DNA from: a bacterium
GTDB taxonomy: Bacteria > Chloroflexota > Dormibacteria > Dormibacterales > Dormibacteraceae
Assembly (NCBI GenBank): GCA_004299235.1
Contig: SCQL01000026.1
Location: 26,240 to 90,239 of the forward strand
Length of the DNA: 64,000 bases
Direction of reading: 5' to 3'
The translations under genes were made by a program, and so were the position numbers. Positions 8,482 through 17,666 of the stretch are shown piece by piece (position 1 is the stretch's first letter; every line of letters begins with the position of its first letter). The notes below the pieces were generated by a model, which worked only from the letters and a program-made list of their open reading frames with translations, was not told the DNA's origin and ran no database searches.

Positions 8482-9730
8482 GTTGCCGAAGGCGGCCGGT
8501 CCCCGGCGGACGGGGAGGGCGATACCGCCCTCGCCTCCTCCGGTCACGCAGGTCCCAGAGATCAGCGCCGAGGAATACGCCATCCGGCGGGAGGCGGTGG
8601 CGGCCGGGATGGATGCCGCTGGGCTGGATGCGCTGTGCGTCTTCTATCCCGCCCGGATCGCCTACCTGACGGGCTTCCATCACGTGCCGACCGAGCGCCC
8701 GATCGCGCTCGTCCTCGGGCCGAGCGCCTATTCGGCGCTGGTCGTGCCGGCGGTTGAGAAGGAGCACGCCGAGGCCTCGACCTCGCTCGACCGCGTCGAT
8801 GTCTATTTCGAATATCCGGGCGCCGAGCATCCGATGGAGCACGTGGCGACGATCCTCACCGAGATCAATGCCAAACCGAAACGCACCGGCGCCGACCACG
8901 ACGGGCACGTGCCCTACTGGGGCTACCGAGGACCGCGGTTGAGTGACCTCACAGGCCACCCGCCGTTCGACGCGGAGATGATCATCGAGTCGCTCCGGCG
9001 GGTGAAGTCGCCGGCGGAGATCGCCTGCATTCAGCTCAGCTGCGACTGGGCGGCGCGCGCCCACCACCGCATGCAGGCCGCGATCAAGACGGGCAGGACG
9101 GAGGTGGAGTGCTATGCGCCCGGCGTCACGGAGACGCTGCACGAGATGCTCCATCAGATGCCGGGATGGCGACCGCGCGGCTTCGACGGCAACGGTCTCA
9201 CGTCCATGTTCGTGGGCGGCCGCGCCACGGCGATGCCCCATGGGTTCGTCAAAGGCCATGGGATCCAGCCAGGCGACGTGCTGGTCAGCGGCGCGGCCGC
9301 GGACATCGACGGGTATCGCAGCGAGCTCGAGAGAACCATGATCGTCGGCGATCCGACCGCCGAGCAGGAGCGCGCGTTCGACACGATGCTCGCCCTGCAG
9401 ACGCGGGCGCTCGAGGTCATGGCTCCCGGCGTCCCCGCGGGTGAGGTCGAGCTGGCCACCGTGCGCCTGGCCGAAGAGCTGGGGGTCGCGGACAACCTGA
9501 GGCACCACGCCGGCCACTCGATCGGGCTCGAAGGCCATGAGGCGCCGTTTCTCGACCGTGGCGACGAGGCGGTGCTCGAGCCGGGCATGGTGTTCACCGT
9601 CGAGCCGGGTGTCTACTTCAAGGATCTCGGCGGCTTCCGCCATTCGGACACGGTGGTCGTCACGGCCGGCGGATGCCGCGTCATGACCGACTACCCGCGC
9701 GAGCTGAAGGACCTCATCATTCGGGGCTAG
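8468..9730 (+). CDS. M24 family metallopeptidase (Xaa-Pro peptidase/creatinase-like)
   Basis: Creatinase_N-like N-domain (ISAEEYAIRREAVAAGMDAAGLDALCVF) and pita-bread domain (HHAGHSIGLEGHE...FTVEPG). Start uncertain (TTG 8468 or TTG 8483). Confidence 0.8.
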   Translation: MRRTRLPKAAGPRRTGRAIPPSPPPVTQVPEISAEEYAIRREAVAAGMDAAGLDALCVFYPARIAYLTGFHHVPTERPIALVLGPSAYSALVVPAVEKEHAEASTSLDRVDVYFEYPGAEHPMEHVATILTEINAKPKRTGADHDGHVPYWGYRGPRLSDLTGHPPFDAEMIIESLRRVKSPAEIACIQLSCDWAARAHHRMQAAIKTGRTEVECYAPGVTETLHEMLHQMPGWRPRGFDGNGLTSMFVGGRATAMPHGFVKGHGIQPGDVLVSGAAADIDGYRSELERTMIVGDPTAEQERAFDTMLALQTRALEVMAPGVPAGEVELATVRLAEELGVADNLRHHAGHSIGLEGHEAPFLDRGDEAVLEPGMVFTVEPGVYFKDLGGFRHSDTVVVTAGGCRVMTDYPRELKDLIIRG

Positions 9731-11633
9731 AGCCGTGCCCGCCCGCGACCGTTTCGGGGGGCTTGTGGGCCTTGGCCGTGAACATGTGCAGGACGGTGTT
9801 GCCGTCGGTGTGATGGCGGCGGATGCGATCGAAAGGCACGGGAGGCAGCACGCCCTGGTCCTCAGCCGCGACGACGGTCTCCCTCGGCGAGATCGTCCTC
9901 CACACCTCGCCCACCATCTCGCGCGGGAGGTTGCCCGGCACGTACACGTACCTCCGGTTGGTGATGTGCTTGCGCGCGAGCATCTCGGCGCGAGCGAAAG
10001 CGTCGTGCGCGGAGTAGTCCTTCAGGTAGGGATCGGCGACCTCCATGAATTCAGGGTGGTCCTGTCCGGGCCGGTTTCCCCGGTAGAGGAACACGGCGCC
10101 ACGACCCGCGGCGGCCCGCGCCGCCTCGCCCAACACCGCCTCGGCCGCCAGCTGCTCGTGCGGCAGGATCACGAGCACCTCGCCGGCCGACCGGCGGCCC
10201 CCCAGGGCGCTGGCGATCGAGGCCGCGGCACGCTGGGGCCGGAACGGCACGGGGAACACGGCGGGGCGGCGCCGTCGGTAGTACCGATAGGTCGCCAGGC
10301 CCGCGACCAGACCGATCACCGTGAGCCCGCCGCCGAATCCCGTCGCCAATGGTTTCGCGACCAGGTTCACCGACCAGGCGACGATGACCAGAATCGTCGT
10401 CAGGACCCCGACCGCGAACAACGCCACAAGGCGCGGAGTCCACAGGGAGCGCTCCCGCCAGCGGACCACGTCCAGGCTGACGCACGTGAGCACAAAGGTT
10501 CCCAGCAGGCCGAAGGCGTAGAGGTCGCCGAGCAGGTTGAGGCTGCCCTGGGCGGCGATGACGATGACGATGGGCAGGACGATGGCGGCCGCGATCGCCC
10601 AGTGAGGGGTCCGGCGCCGGTGGTTGCGTGCCTCCAGGACGCGGGGCATGAAACCCATTCGCGCCAGCGCGATGAACACGTGATAGGCGCCGATGATCGC
10701 GGTGTTGCTCGCGAACACGAGCAGCAGCGAACCGCTGACGGCGACGAAATCGCCCAGCGCCGGCCCGGCGACGTGAGCGCCGAGGAGCGAGATGAACTGG
10801 CTGGAATCGGCGTTGGTCGAAAGCAAGGTCGTCGACCACAACGTGAGCAATGGGCTGGTGACCGCCATCGAGAGCACGACTCCGCCCATGGCCCTGGAGG
10901 CGATCACGCGCCTGGGTTCCCGCATCGCCGGCGCAAGCTGCGCGATGCTCTCGAGTCCGGAGAAGGCGAGGAAAGCCGCCGCATAGCCGGTGACCAGCGA
11001 CTGGACTGGAAACGCCGGGCCGGACGCGAGCGCGCTGAAGCTGTGGATGATGCCTGACGGCCCGAGGCTGATCGCGACGGCGATCACCACGAGCAGCTGG
11101 CCGCCGGCCGCGAGGCACGCGACCAGGGCCGTGGTGCGAGCGCTCTCCTTGATGCCCATCGTATTGAGCAGGCCCAGACCGGCAAGCGCCACCACCGTCA
11201 ACCAGGTCGCGAGCGGCACGAGCCCGGGGACCAGCACGGCCATGTAGAACACGCCCGACAGAGCGCTGATGCCGGCGGTCAGGTAGTAGTCGACCAGGAT
11301 GAAGAGGCCGCCGAGCAGGCCGACGAACGGATGCAGCGCCTGTGACGACACATTGACCACACCACCGCCTTCCGGGTAGCGCCACGTCACCTCGGCGTAC
11401 TTGACGCAGAGCAGGATGAAGACGAACAGGGTCATCAGCACGAAGATCGTCGAGCGCGACCCGAACTGGCCGTAGAGGATCCCCGGCGTGTAGTAGACGG
11501 ACGTGCCGATGTCGGCGAACACGACCGCCCAGCACAGGAAGGAACCCAGGTTCCCGCCCCGGACCTTGATCCGGCGGCGAGCGCCTCCCGGCCCCGCCGG
11601 GAGCATCCGATCGGGCGCCACGGCGCGGCTCAA
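9717..11633 (-). CDS. APC-superfamily permease with C-terminal cytoplasmic (USP-like) domain
   Basis: FLCWAVVFADIGTSVYYTPG..., about 12 TM helices, then a roughly 180-aa soluble tail. TTG start shares TTGA with the upstream small ORF; alternative ATG at 11606. Confidence 0.8.
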   Translation of the reverse strand: MSRAVAPDRMLPAGPGGARRRIKVRGGNLGSFLCWAVVFADIGTSVYYTPGILYGQFGSRSTIFVLMTLFVFILLCVKYAEVTWRYPEGGGVVNVSSQALHPFVGLLGGLFILVDYYLTAGISALSGVFYMAVLVPGLVPLATWLTVVALAGLGLLNTMGIKESARTTALVACLAAGGQLLVVIAVAISLGPSGIIHSFSALASGPAFPVQSLVTGYAAAFLAFSGLESIAQLAPAMREPRRVIASRAMGGVVLSMAVTSPLLTLWSTTLLSTNADSSQFISLLGAHVAGPALGDFVAVSGSLLLVFASNTAIIGAYHVFIALARMGFMPRVLEARNHRRRTPHWAIAAAIVLPIVIVIAAQGSLNLLGDLYAFGLLGTFVLTCVSLDVVRWRERSLWTPRLVALFAVGVLTTILVIVAWSVNLVAKPLATGFGGGLTVIGLVAGLATYRYYRRRRPAVFPVPFRPQRAAASIASALGGRRSAGEVLVILPHEQLAAEAVLGEAARAAAGRGAVFLYRGNRPGQDHPEFMEVADPYLKDYSAHDAFARAEMLARKHITNRRYVYVPGNLPREMVGEVWRTISPRETVVAAEDQGVLPPVPFDRIRRHHTDGNTVLHMFTAKAHKPPETVAGGHGSSPE

Positions 11634-11857
11634 TCGATCGCCGGGTGAGGCGGTCCGCCCAGGTGACGCCGGAGGCTTGCGCTCTCGGTCCGAAGCCGGT
11701 TGACCATGCGCCGCGCCGCCCGGTCGTCCAGTTCCATGTAGGCCACCGCGGCGAGGTAGATCTCGGCCCGCTCCAGCTGGCGAATGGCGGCACGGAGGAC
11801 CTGACGCTGCTCGTCGGGGGGCCGCCGGTCGGGGAGTCGCAGGATCGCGCTGTGCAC
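11630..11857 (-). CDS. hypothetical 75-aa helical protein, translationally coupled to the APC permease
   Basis: GC3-rich ORF with GTG start and a 4-nt overlap with the permease start. No family recognised. Confidence 0.4.
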   Translation of the reverse strand: MHSAILRLPDRRPPDEQRQVLRAAIRQLERAEIYLAAVAYMELDDRAARRMVNRLRTESASLRRHLGGPPHPAID

Positions 11858-11960
11858 GACCTCAACCTAGGAGGGCGCACGTGTGGACTCCGTTTGGAGA
11901 CCTCACCCGACCGTATGGATCCCGTATGGGTCTTCAGCCGATCCATTACCCTCGCCTGCG

Positions 11961-13811
11961 ATGAGCCCAGACGCCGTCGCACGCCGTGGCCAGCGCCCGG
12001 GAGACCTTCGGGTGGTCGTCCGCCGCGCCGCCAAGCTGCCGCGCACCCTTGGAGCGCCGGCGCTGTTCGCCGCTTGCTACGGCAACGTCGGGTCGAGCAT
12101 CTACTACGCCCTCGGGGTGACCGCGGCGTTCGCCCTCGGCCTCACGCCCCTGGCGCTGATCATTGCCGGCTTGATCTTCGTCTCCACCGCCCTGAACTAC
12201 GCGGAGGGAACGGCAGCGCTGCCGCATGCCGGTGGCAGCTCGAGCTTTGCGCGAAGGGCGTTCAACGGGCCGATCGGGTTTCTGGTCGGTTGGGTGCAGC
12301 TGCTGAACTACACCGCCACCGTCTCCATCTCCTCTTACTTCGCCATCAGCTATCTGGGGGTGTTCGGCAAGTACGTGCCGCTCTTCCACCTGCTGAAGAC
12401 CAACGACCTCTGGCATGTCGTCGCCACCGTCCTTCTGATCGGATTCCTGATCGTCCTGAACGTGATCGGCATCCAGGAGTCGAGCCTGCTCAACCTGTCG
12501 CTCGCGGTCGCCGACCTCATCACCCAGCTCGTCCTCGTCATCCTCGGCCTGCTGCTGCTGCTCAACTTCCACACGATCATCAGCAACATCCACCTCGGGG
12601 TGGCCCCGACTTGGGGCAACTTCCTCGCCAGCGTCTCCATCGCCATGGTCACGTACACCGGCATCGAAACCATCTCCAACATGTCCGAGGAGGCGAGGAA
12701 TCCGGGGCGCAGCGTGCCTCGAGCCACGTTTGCCGTCATCGCCGCGGTGCTTTTCGTCTCGGCCTTCCTACCGACGGTCGGCATGAGCGTCTTCCCGGTG
12801 CACCTGGACGGCACGGGGCAATTCACGACCGACCTGGCCACGACCTGGAAGGACAATCCGGTGGCGGGGATCGTCACCGGCTTCGGCCAGCCGCTTGCGT
12901 TCTGGGCTGGGATCTGGGTCGGGATCCTCGCCTTCACCATCCTGGTGATCGCGACCAACGCGGGCCTCATCGGCATCTCGAGGCTGAGCTACTCGCTGGC
13001 GGGCGCCGACCTGTTGCCGCGCCAGTTCGCGCAGCTTCACCCGCGTTACCGGACGCCGTACTTCTCGATCGTGATCTTCGGCGTCGCAGCGGCGCTCCTG
13101 GTGCTGCCGGGGATTTTTGTCTCAGGCAAGGAGATCGACCTCCTGGGCGCGGTCTATTCGCTGGCGGCGACTTTTGCCTTCTGTTCAGCGCACCTGTCCG
13201 TGATGCGCCTTCGATTCATCGAGCCCAACCTCTACCGCCCCTATCGAATGCCCTGGAACATCAAGTTCGGGCGGGACAGCATCCCGGTGATCTCGCTCGT
13301 GGGCGCGCTCGCGATCGGGACCGTGTTCACCCAGCTCATGTCGCAGAACATCTCCAACTCGACGTACATCTATCTCGGCTGGCTGGTTCTCGGCGGCCTC
13401 AGCTTCGTCCTGTACCGGCGCCATCGGAAGCAGCCGCTCTGGGAGCCGCTGGAGGTGCCCCCACCGCCCGACCGCGAGGTCGAGCGCCGCCCTCCCGAGC
13501 CCCTTCCCCAGACGGCGCGATACCGTCTCGGCAGGCGGGAGGGCGTCGCCGCCCACGCCGCCGTCGAACCACCCCGCCGCCGGCGCCAACGGCGCGGCTG
13601 GCGGCTCGGGTGGGAGCTCTTCTTCGCCCGCCATGGAGCCGTTCGCGGCGTGCTCATCGTGCTCGTCTTCGCCGCCACGAGCGGCCTTGCCGTGGGCGTC
13701 GACCTGTCGAGCTACGACCCCTTCGGGCCGGGTCTGGGTTGGTCGCCCGGCATCGTCCTGGTCGCCCTGATCGCCGCCTATCTCCTGAACCGCAGCCACG
13801 GCGAGCAGTGA
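11961..13811 (+). CDS. APC-superfamily amino-acid/polyamine permease with C-terminal extension
   Basis: GAPALFAACYGNVGSSIYYALG..., 12 TM helices, Pro/Arg-rich linker and two extra TM helices at the C-terminus. Start moved to ATG 11961. Confidence 0.8.
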   Translation: MSPDAVARRGQRPGDLRVVVRRAAKLPRTLGAPALFAACYGNVGSSIYYALGVTAAFALGLTPLALIIAGLIFVSTALNYAEGTAALPHAGGSSSFARRAFNGPIGFLVGWVQLLNYTATVSISSYFAISYLGVFGKYVPLFHLLKTNDLWHVVATVLLIGFLIVLNVIGIQESSLLNLSLAVADLITQLVLVILGLLLLLNFHTIISNIHLGVAPTWGNFLASVSIAMVTYTGIETISNMSEEARNPGRSVPRATFAVIAAVLFVSAFLPTVGMSVFPVHLDGTGQFTTDLATTWKDNPVAGIVTGFGQPLAFWAGIWVGILAFTILVIATNAGLIGISRLSYSLAGADLLPRQFAQLHPRYRTPYFSIVIFGVAAALLVLPGIFVSGKEIDLLGAVYSLAATFAFCSAHLSVMRLRFIEPNLYRPYRMPWNIKFGRDSIPVISLVGALAIGTVFTQLMSQNISNSTYIYLGWLVLGGLSFVLYRRHRKQPLWEPLEVPPPPDREVERRPPEPLPQTARYRLGRREGVAAHAAVEPPRRRRQRRGWRLGWELFFARHGAVRGVLIVLVFAATSGLAVGVDLSSYDPFGPGLGWSPGIVLVALIAAYLLNRSHGEQ

Positions 13812-13824
13812 CCGCGGGGCTTGG

Positions 13825-14505
13825 CTACGCCTCGAGCCGGTAGCCGACCCCTGGCTCGTTGACGATGTAGCGCGGGTTGGCGGGATCGTCGCCCAGCTTC
13901 TTGCGGATCTGGGCGACGACGTAGCGGGTGTTGTACTTGTCACCGACGGCATAGTCACCCCACACCTGGCGCAGCAGGGTGGTATGCGTGACCGGCTTGC
14001 CCGCGTGCAGCGCGAGATAACGCAGCAGCTCGTACTCGGTCGGCGTCAGGCGCACGGCGCGGCCGCCGACGGTCACGGTGCGCCGCCCCAGATCGACCTC
14101 GAGGTCTCCTGAGCGGACGACCGGCTCCCCGGCGGACACGTCCGCCTGCCGGCGCAGTACGGCACGGATCCGCGCCACCAGCTCCTCGGTGCCGAAGGGC
14201 TTGACCACGTAGTCGTCGGCACCGAGGTCCAGCGCCCGCACCTTGTCCTTCTCGCCGGGCATGACGCTGACCACGATCACGGCGGCGCGAGTCGCCGGCC
14301 TCAGCGCTCGCAGGGCGGCAAACCCGTCCATGCCCGGAAGGCCCAGGTCCAGGAGGATCACGTCCGGCCGCCAGGCGGCCGACTCGCGCACAGCCTCCTC
14401 ACCGCTACCCACCGCCCGCACGTCGAAGTCGTGATACGTCAACCCCGCCCGCAGGGCGCGCTGCATCTCGACCTCGTCGTCGACGACGAGGACCCTTCCG
14501 CTCAC
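13825..14505 (-). CDS. OmpR/KdpE-family response regulator
   Basis: VLVVDDE...ILLDLGLPGMDG receiver domain plus winged-helix Trans_reg_C. GTG start shares GTGA with the kinase stop. Confidence 0.9.
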   Translation of the reverse strand: MSGRVLVVDDEVEMQRALRAGLTYHDFDVRAVGSGEEAVRESAAWRPDVILLDLGLPGMDGFAALRALRPATRAAVIVVSVMPGEKDKVRALDLGADDYVVKPFGTEELVARIRAVLRRQADVSAGEPVVRSGDLEVDLGRRTVTVGGRAVRLTPTEYELLRYLALHAGKPVTHTTLLRQVWGDYAVGDKYNTRYVVAQIRKKLGDDPANPRYIVNEPGVGYRLEA

Positions 14506-15974
14506 CGCGGCATCCTGGCGCGCGCGAGCGGCAGGGTGAAGGTGAAGCGCGGTCCACGCCGGCGGTTCTCGGCGCGGATGCTGCCGCCGTGCGCTTCGAC
14601 GACGCGCTTGCAGATCGCGAGCCCCAACCCGCTACCTCGGGCGCGGCGCGTCCAGAAGGTGTCGAAGACCCGATCCAGGTCCACCGGCGGAATCGCGGGG
14701 CCGTCGTTCTCGACCCACGCCTCGAGCTCGCTTTCGTGGGCGACCGCCCCCACCTCGATGACTCCCTTTGGAGGCGTCCACTCCAGAGCATTTTCGAGCA
14801 GGTTGGTCAGCACGCGACCGACCTGGACCTCGTCGACCTCCACCGGAGGCAGGTCGTCCGGAATCTGAACCGGGACGTCGTGCCCTTGCAACTCGGATCG
14901 AAGCGGTCGCATCGCGGTGCCCACCAGGTCGGCGAACCGATGCGGCTCCTTCTCCAGCTCGAGGCCCGCCTCCAAGCGAGACAGCGCCAGCATGTCGCCG
15001 ACCAGGTGGTCCAGCCGGCTGGCCTGCCGGTCGAGGTCGGCGAGCAGCTCCTGCTGATCCGGTTTGAGGCCCGCCTGCGGCGCGGTGAGCGCGGTGAGCC
15101 CGGCGCGCAGCGCTGCGATCGGGCTCTTCAGCTCGTGGGACAGGGACGAAAGGATGGCGGCTTTCAGCCGGTCCGACGCCTCGAAGCCGCGAGCTCGCTC
15201 GGCCTCCAGGGAGGCGCGCCGGCGGTCGAGCAGCAGGTCGGCCAGTCCCACCAGCGCCGCGAGCAGGCGGAGCTCGGCGGCGTCCGGACGCTGCGATTCG
15301 ATCCCGATCATGGCGACGCCGCTGCCGAGTGGCAGGTACGCCGGCGCGGCCGCGCCGGGATGGGTGCGCATCAGCTTCACCGCGCCGTCGTGGACCGCGA
15401 TGCCGACAGGCTTGCGGTTGGCATAGGACCATGCCGCCTGCCGCATCTCATCAGGGCTGAGCTCGCCGCCGGCCAGAGGCGTCGCCTGCCCGAAATCCAT
15501 CGCCACCAATGCGAACCGCCTGACGCACTGGAGGCGAAGCGCCCACTCACACACCATCGACAGCGCGGCCGTCACCTGCGGCGTGCGCAGGGCGGCGGTC
15601 GCCAGCTCGTAGAGCGTGCGGGAGTCGGCGGCCAGGGTCTCGGCCGCAGCTTGCGCGCGGCGCAGTGAAGCCGCCAGCTGGCTCGTCACCAGGGCGACCG
15701 CGAGCAGGACGGTGAGCTCCAGCAGCTCTGACGGGCTGCTGACCGTGAACGTCCCGACCGGCGGCACGAAGAAGAAGTCGTACAGGAGGAAGGCGGCCCC
15801 GCTGCCGGCGACGGCGGGACCGCGGCCCCAGCGAGCTCCGAGCCACAGCACGAACAGCAGGTAGAACGCGGACAGGCCGGGGATGGCGGCGCGGGAGGTG
15901 ATGAGGCCGAGGACGGCCGTGATCGCCAGGGCTCCCCCGATCGCGATCGAATAGGGCCCCAGGCGCCTCATCAT
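14502..15974 (-). CDS. sensor histidine kinase, KdpD C-terminal type (DUF4118 membrane domain, GAF-like, HisKA, HATPase)
   Basis: DUF4118-like FYLLFVLWLGARWGRGPA...LLYDFFFVPPVGTFTV; H-box SHELKSPIAAL; N/G boxes LLENALEW, GSGLGLAICKRVV. Start placed at ATG 15974 (track start 16037 would overlap the epimerase). Confidence 0.85.
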   Translation of the reverse strand: MMRRLGPYSIAIGGALAITAVLGLITSRAAIPGLSAFYLLFVLWLGARWGRGPAVAGSGAAFLLYDFFFVPPVGTFTVSSPSELLELTVLLAVALVTSQLAASLRRAQAAAETLAADSRTLYELATAALRTPQVTAALSMVCEWALRLQCVRRFALVAMDFGQATPLAGGELSPDEMRQAAWSYANRKPVGIAVHDGAVKLMRTHPGAAAPAYLPLGSGVAMIGIESQRPDAAELRLLAALVGLADLLLDRRRASLEAERARGFEASDRLKAAILSSLSHELKSPIAALRAGLTALTAPQAGLKPDQQELLADLDRQASRLDHLVGDMLALSRLEAGLELEKEPHRFADLVGTAMRPLRSELQGHDVPVQIPDDLPPVEVDEVQVGRVLTNLLENALEWTPPKGVIEVGAVAHESELEAWVENDGPAIPPVDLDRVFDTFWTRRARGSGLGLAICKRVVEAHGGSIRAENRRRGPRFTFTLPLARARMPR

Positions 15975-15994
15975 GGGGCTGAGAATACGAGCCG

Positions 15995-16016
15995 GCGCAC
16001 CCCCCCTCCGGTGCGC
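15995..16016. terminator. GC hairpin (7-bp stem GCGCACC/GGTGCGC, 8-nt loop) between epimerase stop and kinase start
   Basis: Read directly from the sequence; no U-tract. Confidence 0.3.
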
Positions 16017-16020
16017 GGTG

Positions 16021-16962
16021 TCAGCTCGCGCCGGCAACGGCCAGCTCGCTCGCTCGGTTCGCGTAGCCGGGATGCGTAGGGTGCGCGACCCGGTACCACG
16101 CCAGCGTCTCGGCGAGGGCGTCCTCCAAGGCCGACGGTTCGAAGCCCAGCTCGGCCCGCGCCCGATCCAGCACGCAGCCGCCGGGGCGGCGCGGATCGGG
16201 ACCGTACGGGCTCGCCCCCTCGGGCAACTCAGCGAACGGCATCGGATGGATGCGGGCCGGCACGCCCATGGCGCGCGCCATGCCTTCGATGAGGTCGCGC
16301 AAGCTCACCCCTTCGAAGGCGGCGTTGTAGGCCCTGCGCGCCGTGTCCTTGCGCAGGTCACACGCCAGCGCGCAAGCGAAGCCGATGTCCTTGACCCAGG
16401 ACAGGTTGGCCGGCCGCTCGTAAGACTCGGCCGGGACCAGCAGCGGACCGCCGTCCGCGACGCGCTGCATATAGGCCGCGATCCGGAGCGTGTGGTCGGC
16501 GGGTCCAATGACCGCCGGCGGCCGGACCACAGTCCACGGGAGATCCCGAGTGCGAGCCAGGACCGTTTCGCACCACCGCTTGCCGTCGAGGCAATCCAGG
16601 ACGTCCGGAGGCTCGCCCTCGAGCGGCACGAAGTCGTCCTCACGCGCCGGCCGGCCGTCAAGATCCGGGTACACGGTGGTCGAGACGAACACGTACCGGT
16701 CGCCCCTGAAGATGCGGGCGACCGCCTCCACCTCGCCTGGCTGGTAGCAGGCGAGGTCGAGCAGCACATCGGGTTCGACCGTCGCCAGGGCGCGCCGAAG
16801 CTGCTCTTCGTCGGTCCGGTCGAAGGCGATGTAGCTGGTGAAGGTGCCGTAGGGTCGCTCCTTCCGTCCCGCGGCGATCGTCTCCACCCCACGCCGCATC
16901 AGCTCCTTGCACGCGGCGGCCCCGATGAAACCCGCCCCGCCCAGGACGAGGGCGCGAGTCAT
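16021..16962 (-). CDS. NAD-dependent epimerase/dehydratase (extended SDR)
   Basis: MTRALVLGGAGFIGAAACKEL Rossmann motif. Start moved to ATG 16962. Confidence 0.8.
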   Translation of the reverse strand: MTRALVLGGAGFIGAAACKELMRRGVETIAAGRKERPYGTFTSYIAFDRTDEEQLRRALATVEPDVLLDLACYQPGEVEAVARIFRGDRYVFVSTTVYPDLDGRPAREDDFVPLEGEPPDVLDCLDGKRWCETVLARTRDLPWTVVRPPAVIGPADHTLRIAAYMQRVADGGPLLVPAESYERPANLSWVKDIGFACALACDLRKDTARRAYNAAFEGVSLRDLIEGMARAMGVPARIHPMPFAELPEGASPYGPDPRRPGGCVLDRARAELGFEPSALEDALAETLAWYRVAHPTHPGYANRASELAVAGAS

Positions 16963-16966
16963 GTAC

Positions 16967-17638
16967 CTACAGGTCGCGGGCGGCGAAGTCGATGTCGAGC
17001 CCATCGACACGAGCGAGCCGTCTCGCCATCTCACGCGCCATGGCCACGGAGCGATGCCTTCCCCCCGTGCAGCCGAACGCGACCACGAGCTGCGAGCGGC
17101 CGTGCTCGCGGTAGCGCGGGATCGCGGCGCGAAGGGTCGTCTCGAGATTGTCGAGCAGCTCTTGGGCCGCGGGTTGGCTGACGACGTAGTCGCGGACTCG
17201 CGGGTCGCGGCCGTCGAGCGGCCGGAGCTCCTCCACCCAGTACGGGTTGTCGAGCAGCCGGACGTCCACGACCCACGAGGCGCCGTCGGGGAGGCCGTTC
17301 TTGTAGCCGAACGCCAGGCAGGTGATCAAGAGCCTCTCGCGCGAGCGCAGCCGCTGCGCCAGCTCGCCGAGCTGGGTGGCGTCGACACGGTGATGCGCCC
17401 GGTCGTGGCTGCCGCCGGCCCTGCCGTCATCGGGTCCGACGTGGACGAGCACGTAGCGGATGTCGCGGGCGTCGGCGTCCTTGAGCAGCGTCACCGCGTC
17501 ACCGCGCAGGGGCAGCACGGCGTCCGCCTCCTCCCAGGGCGACAGCCAGCGGGCGAGCTGAAAGCCGGTGTCTAGGAACACGCCCACGGCTTCGTCGAGC
17601 TCGGGCTCGCTCGACCCGCCGACGATCACGAGCGTCAC
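16967..17638 (-). CDS. RapZ/YvcJ-like protein with degenerate, shortened N-terminal NTPase domain
   Basis: C-terminal RapZ hallmarks are present: FGYKNGLPDGASWVVDVRLLDNPYW and VAFGCTGGRHRSV. At the Walker A position the sequence reads IVGGSSEPEL. Located directly downstream of uvrC, as rapZ is in Gram-positives. Confidence 0.75.
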   Translation of the reverse strand: MTLVIVGGSSEPELDEAVGVFLDTGFQLARWLSPWEEADAVLPLRGDAVTLLKDADARDIRYVLVHVGPDDGRAGGSHDRAHHRVDATQLGELAQRLRSRERLLITCLAFGYKNGLPDGASWVVDVRLLDNPYWVEELRPLDGRDPRVRDYVVSQPAAQELLDNLETTLRAAIPRYREHGRSQLVVAFGCTGGRHRSVAMAREMARRLARVDGLDIDFAARDL

Positions 17639-17666
17639 CGGCGGGCCTTGGGCCCGAACCGTGGAG

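Noticed and set aside
9735-11982. Long ORFs 9735-11057 (+) and 10051-11982 (-), 440 and 643 aa
   Set aside because: The composition is Arg/Pro/Gly/Asp-dominated with no recognisable domains. They overlap the well-supported APC permease (9717-11633) in other frames, so they are typical high-GC shadow ORFs. The same reasoning applies to 8426-9643(-), 17727-19520(+), 21299-23224(+), 25333-26688(+), 27368-29284(+), 41463-42299(-), 42447-43541(-), 45921-47048(+), 48546-49430(-), 55742-57457(+), 57568-59247(+) and 60838-62097(-).
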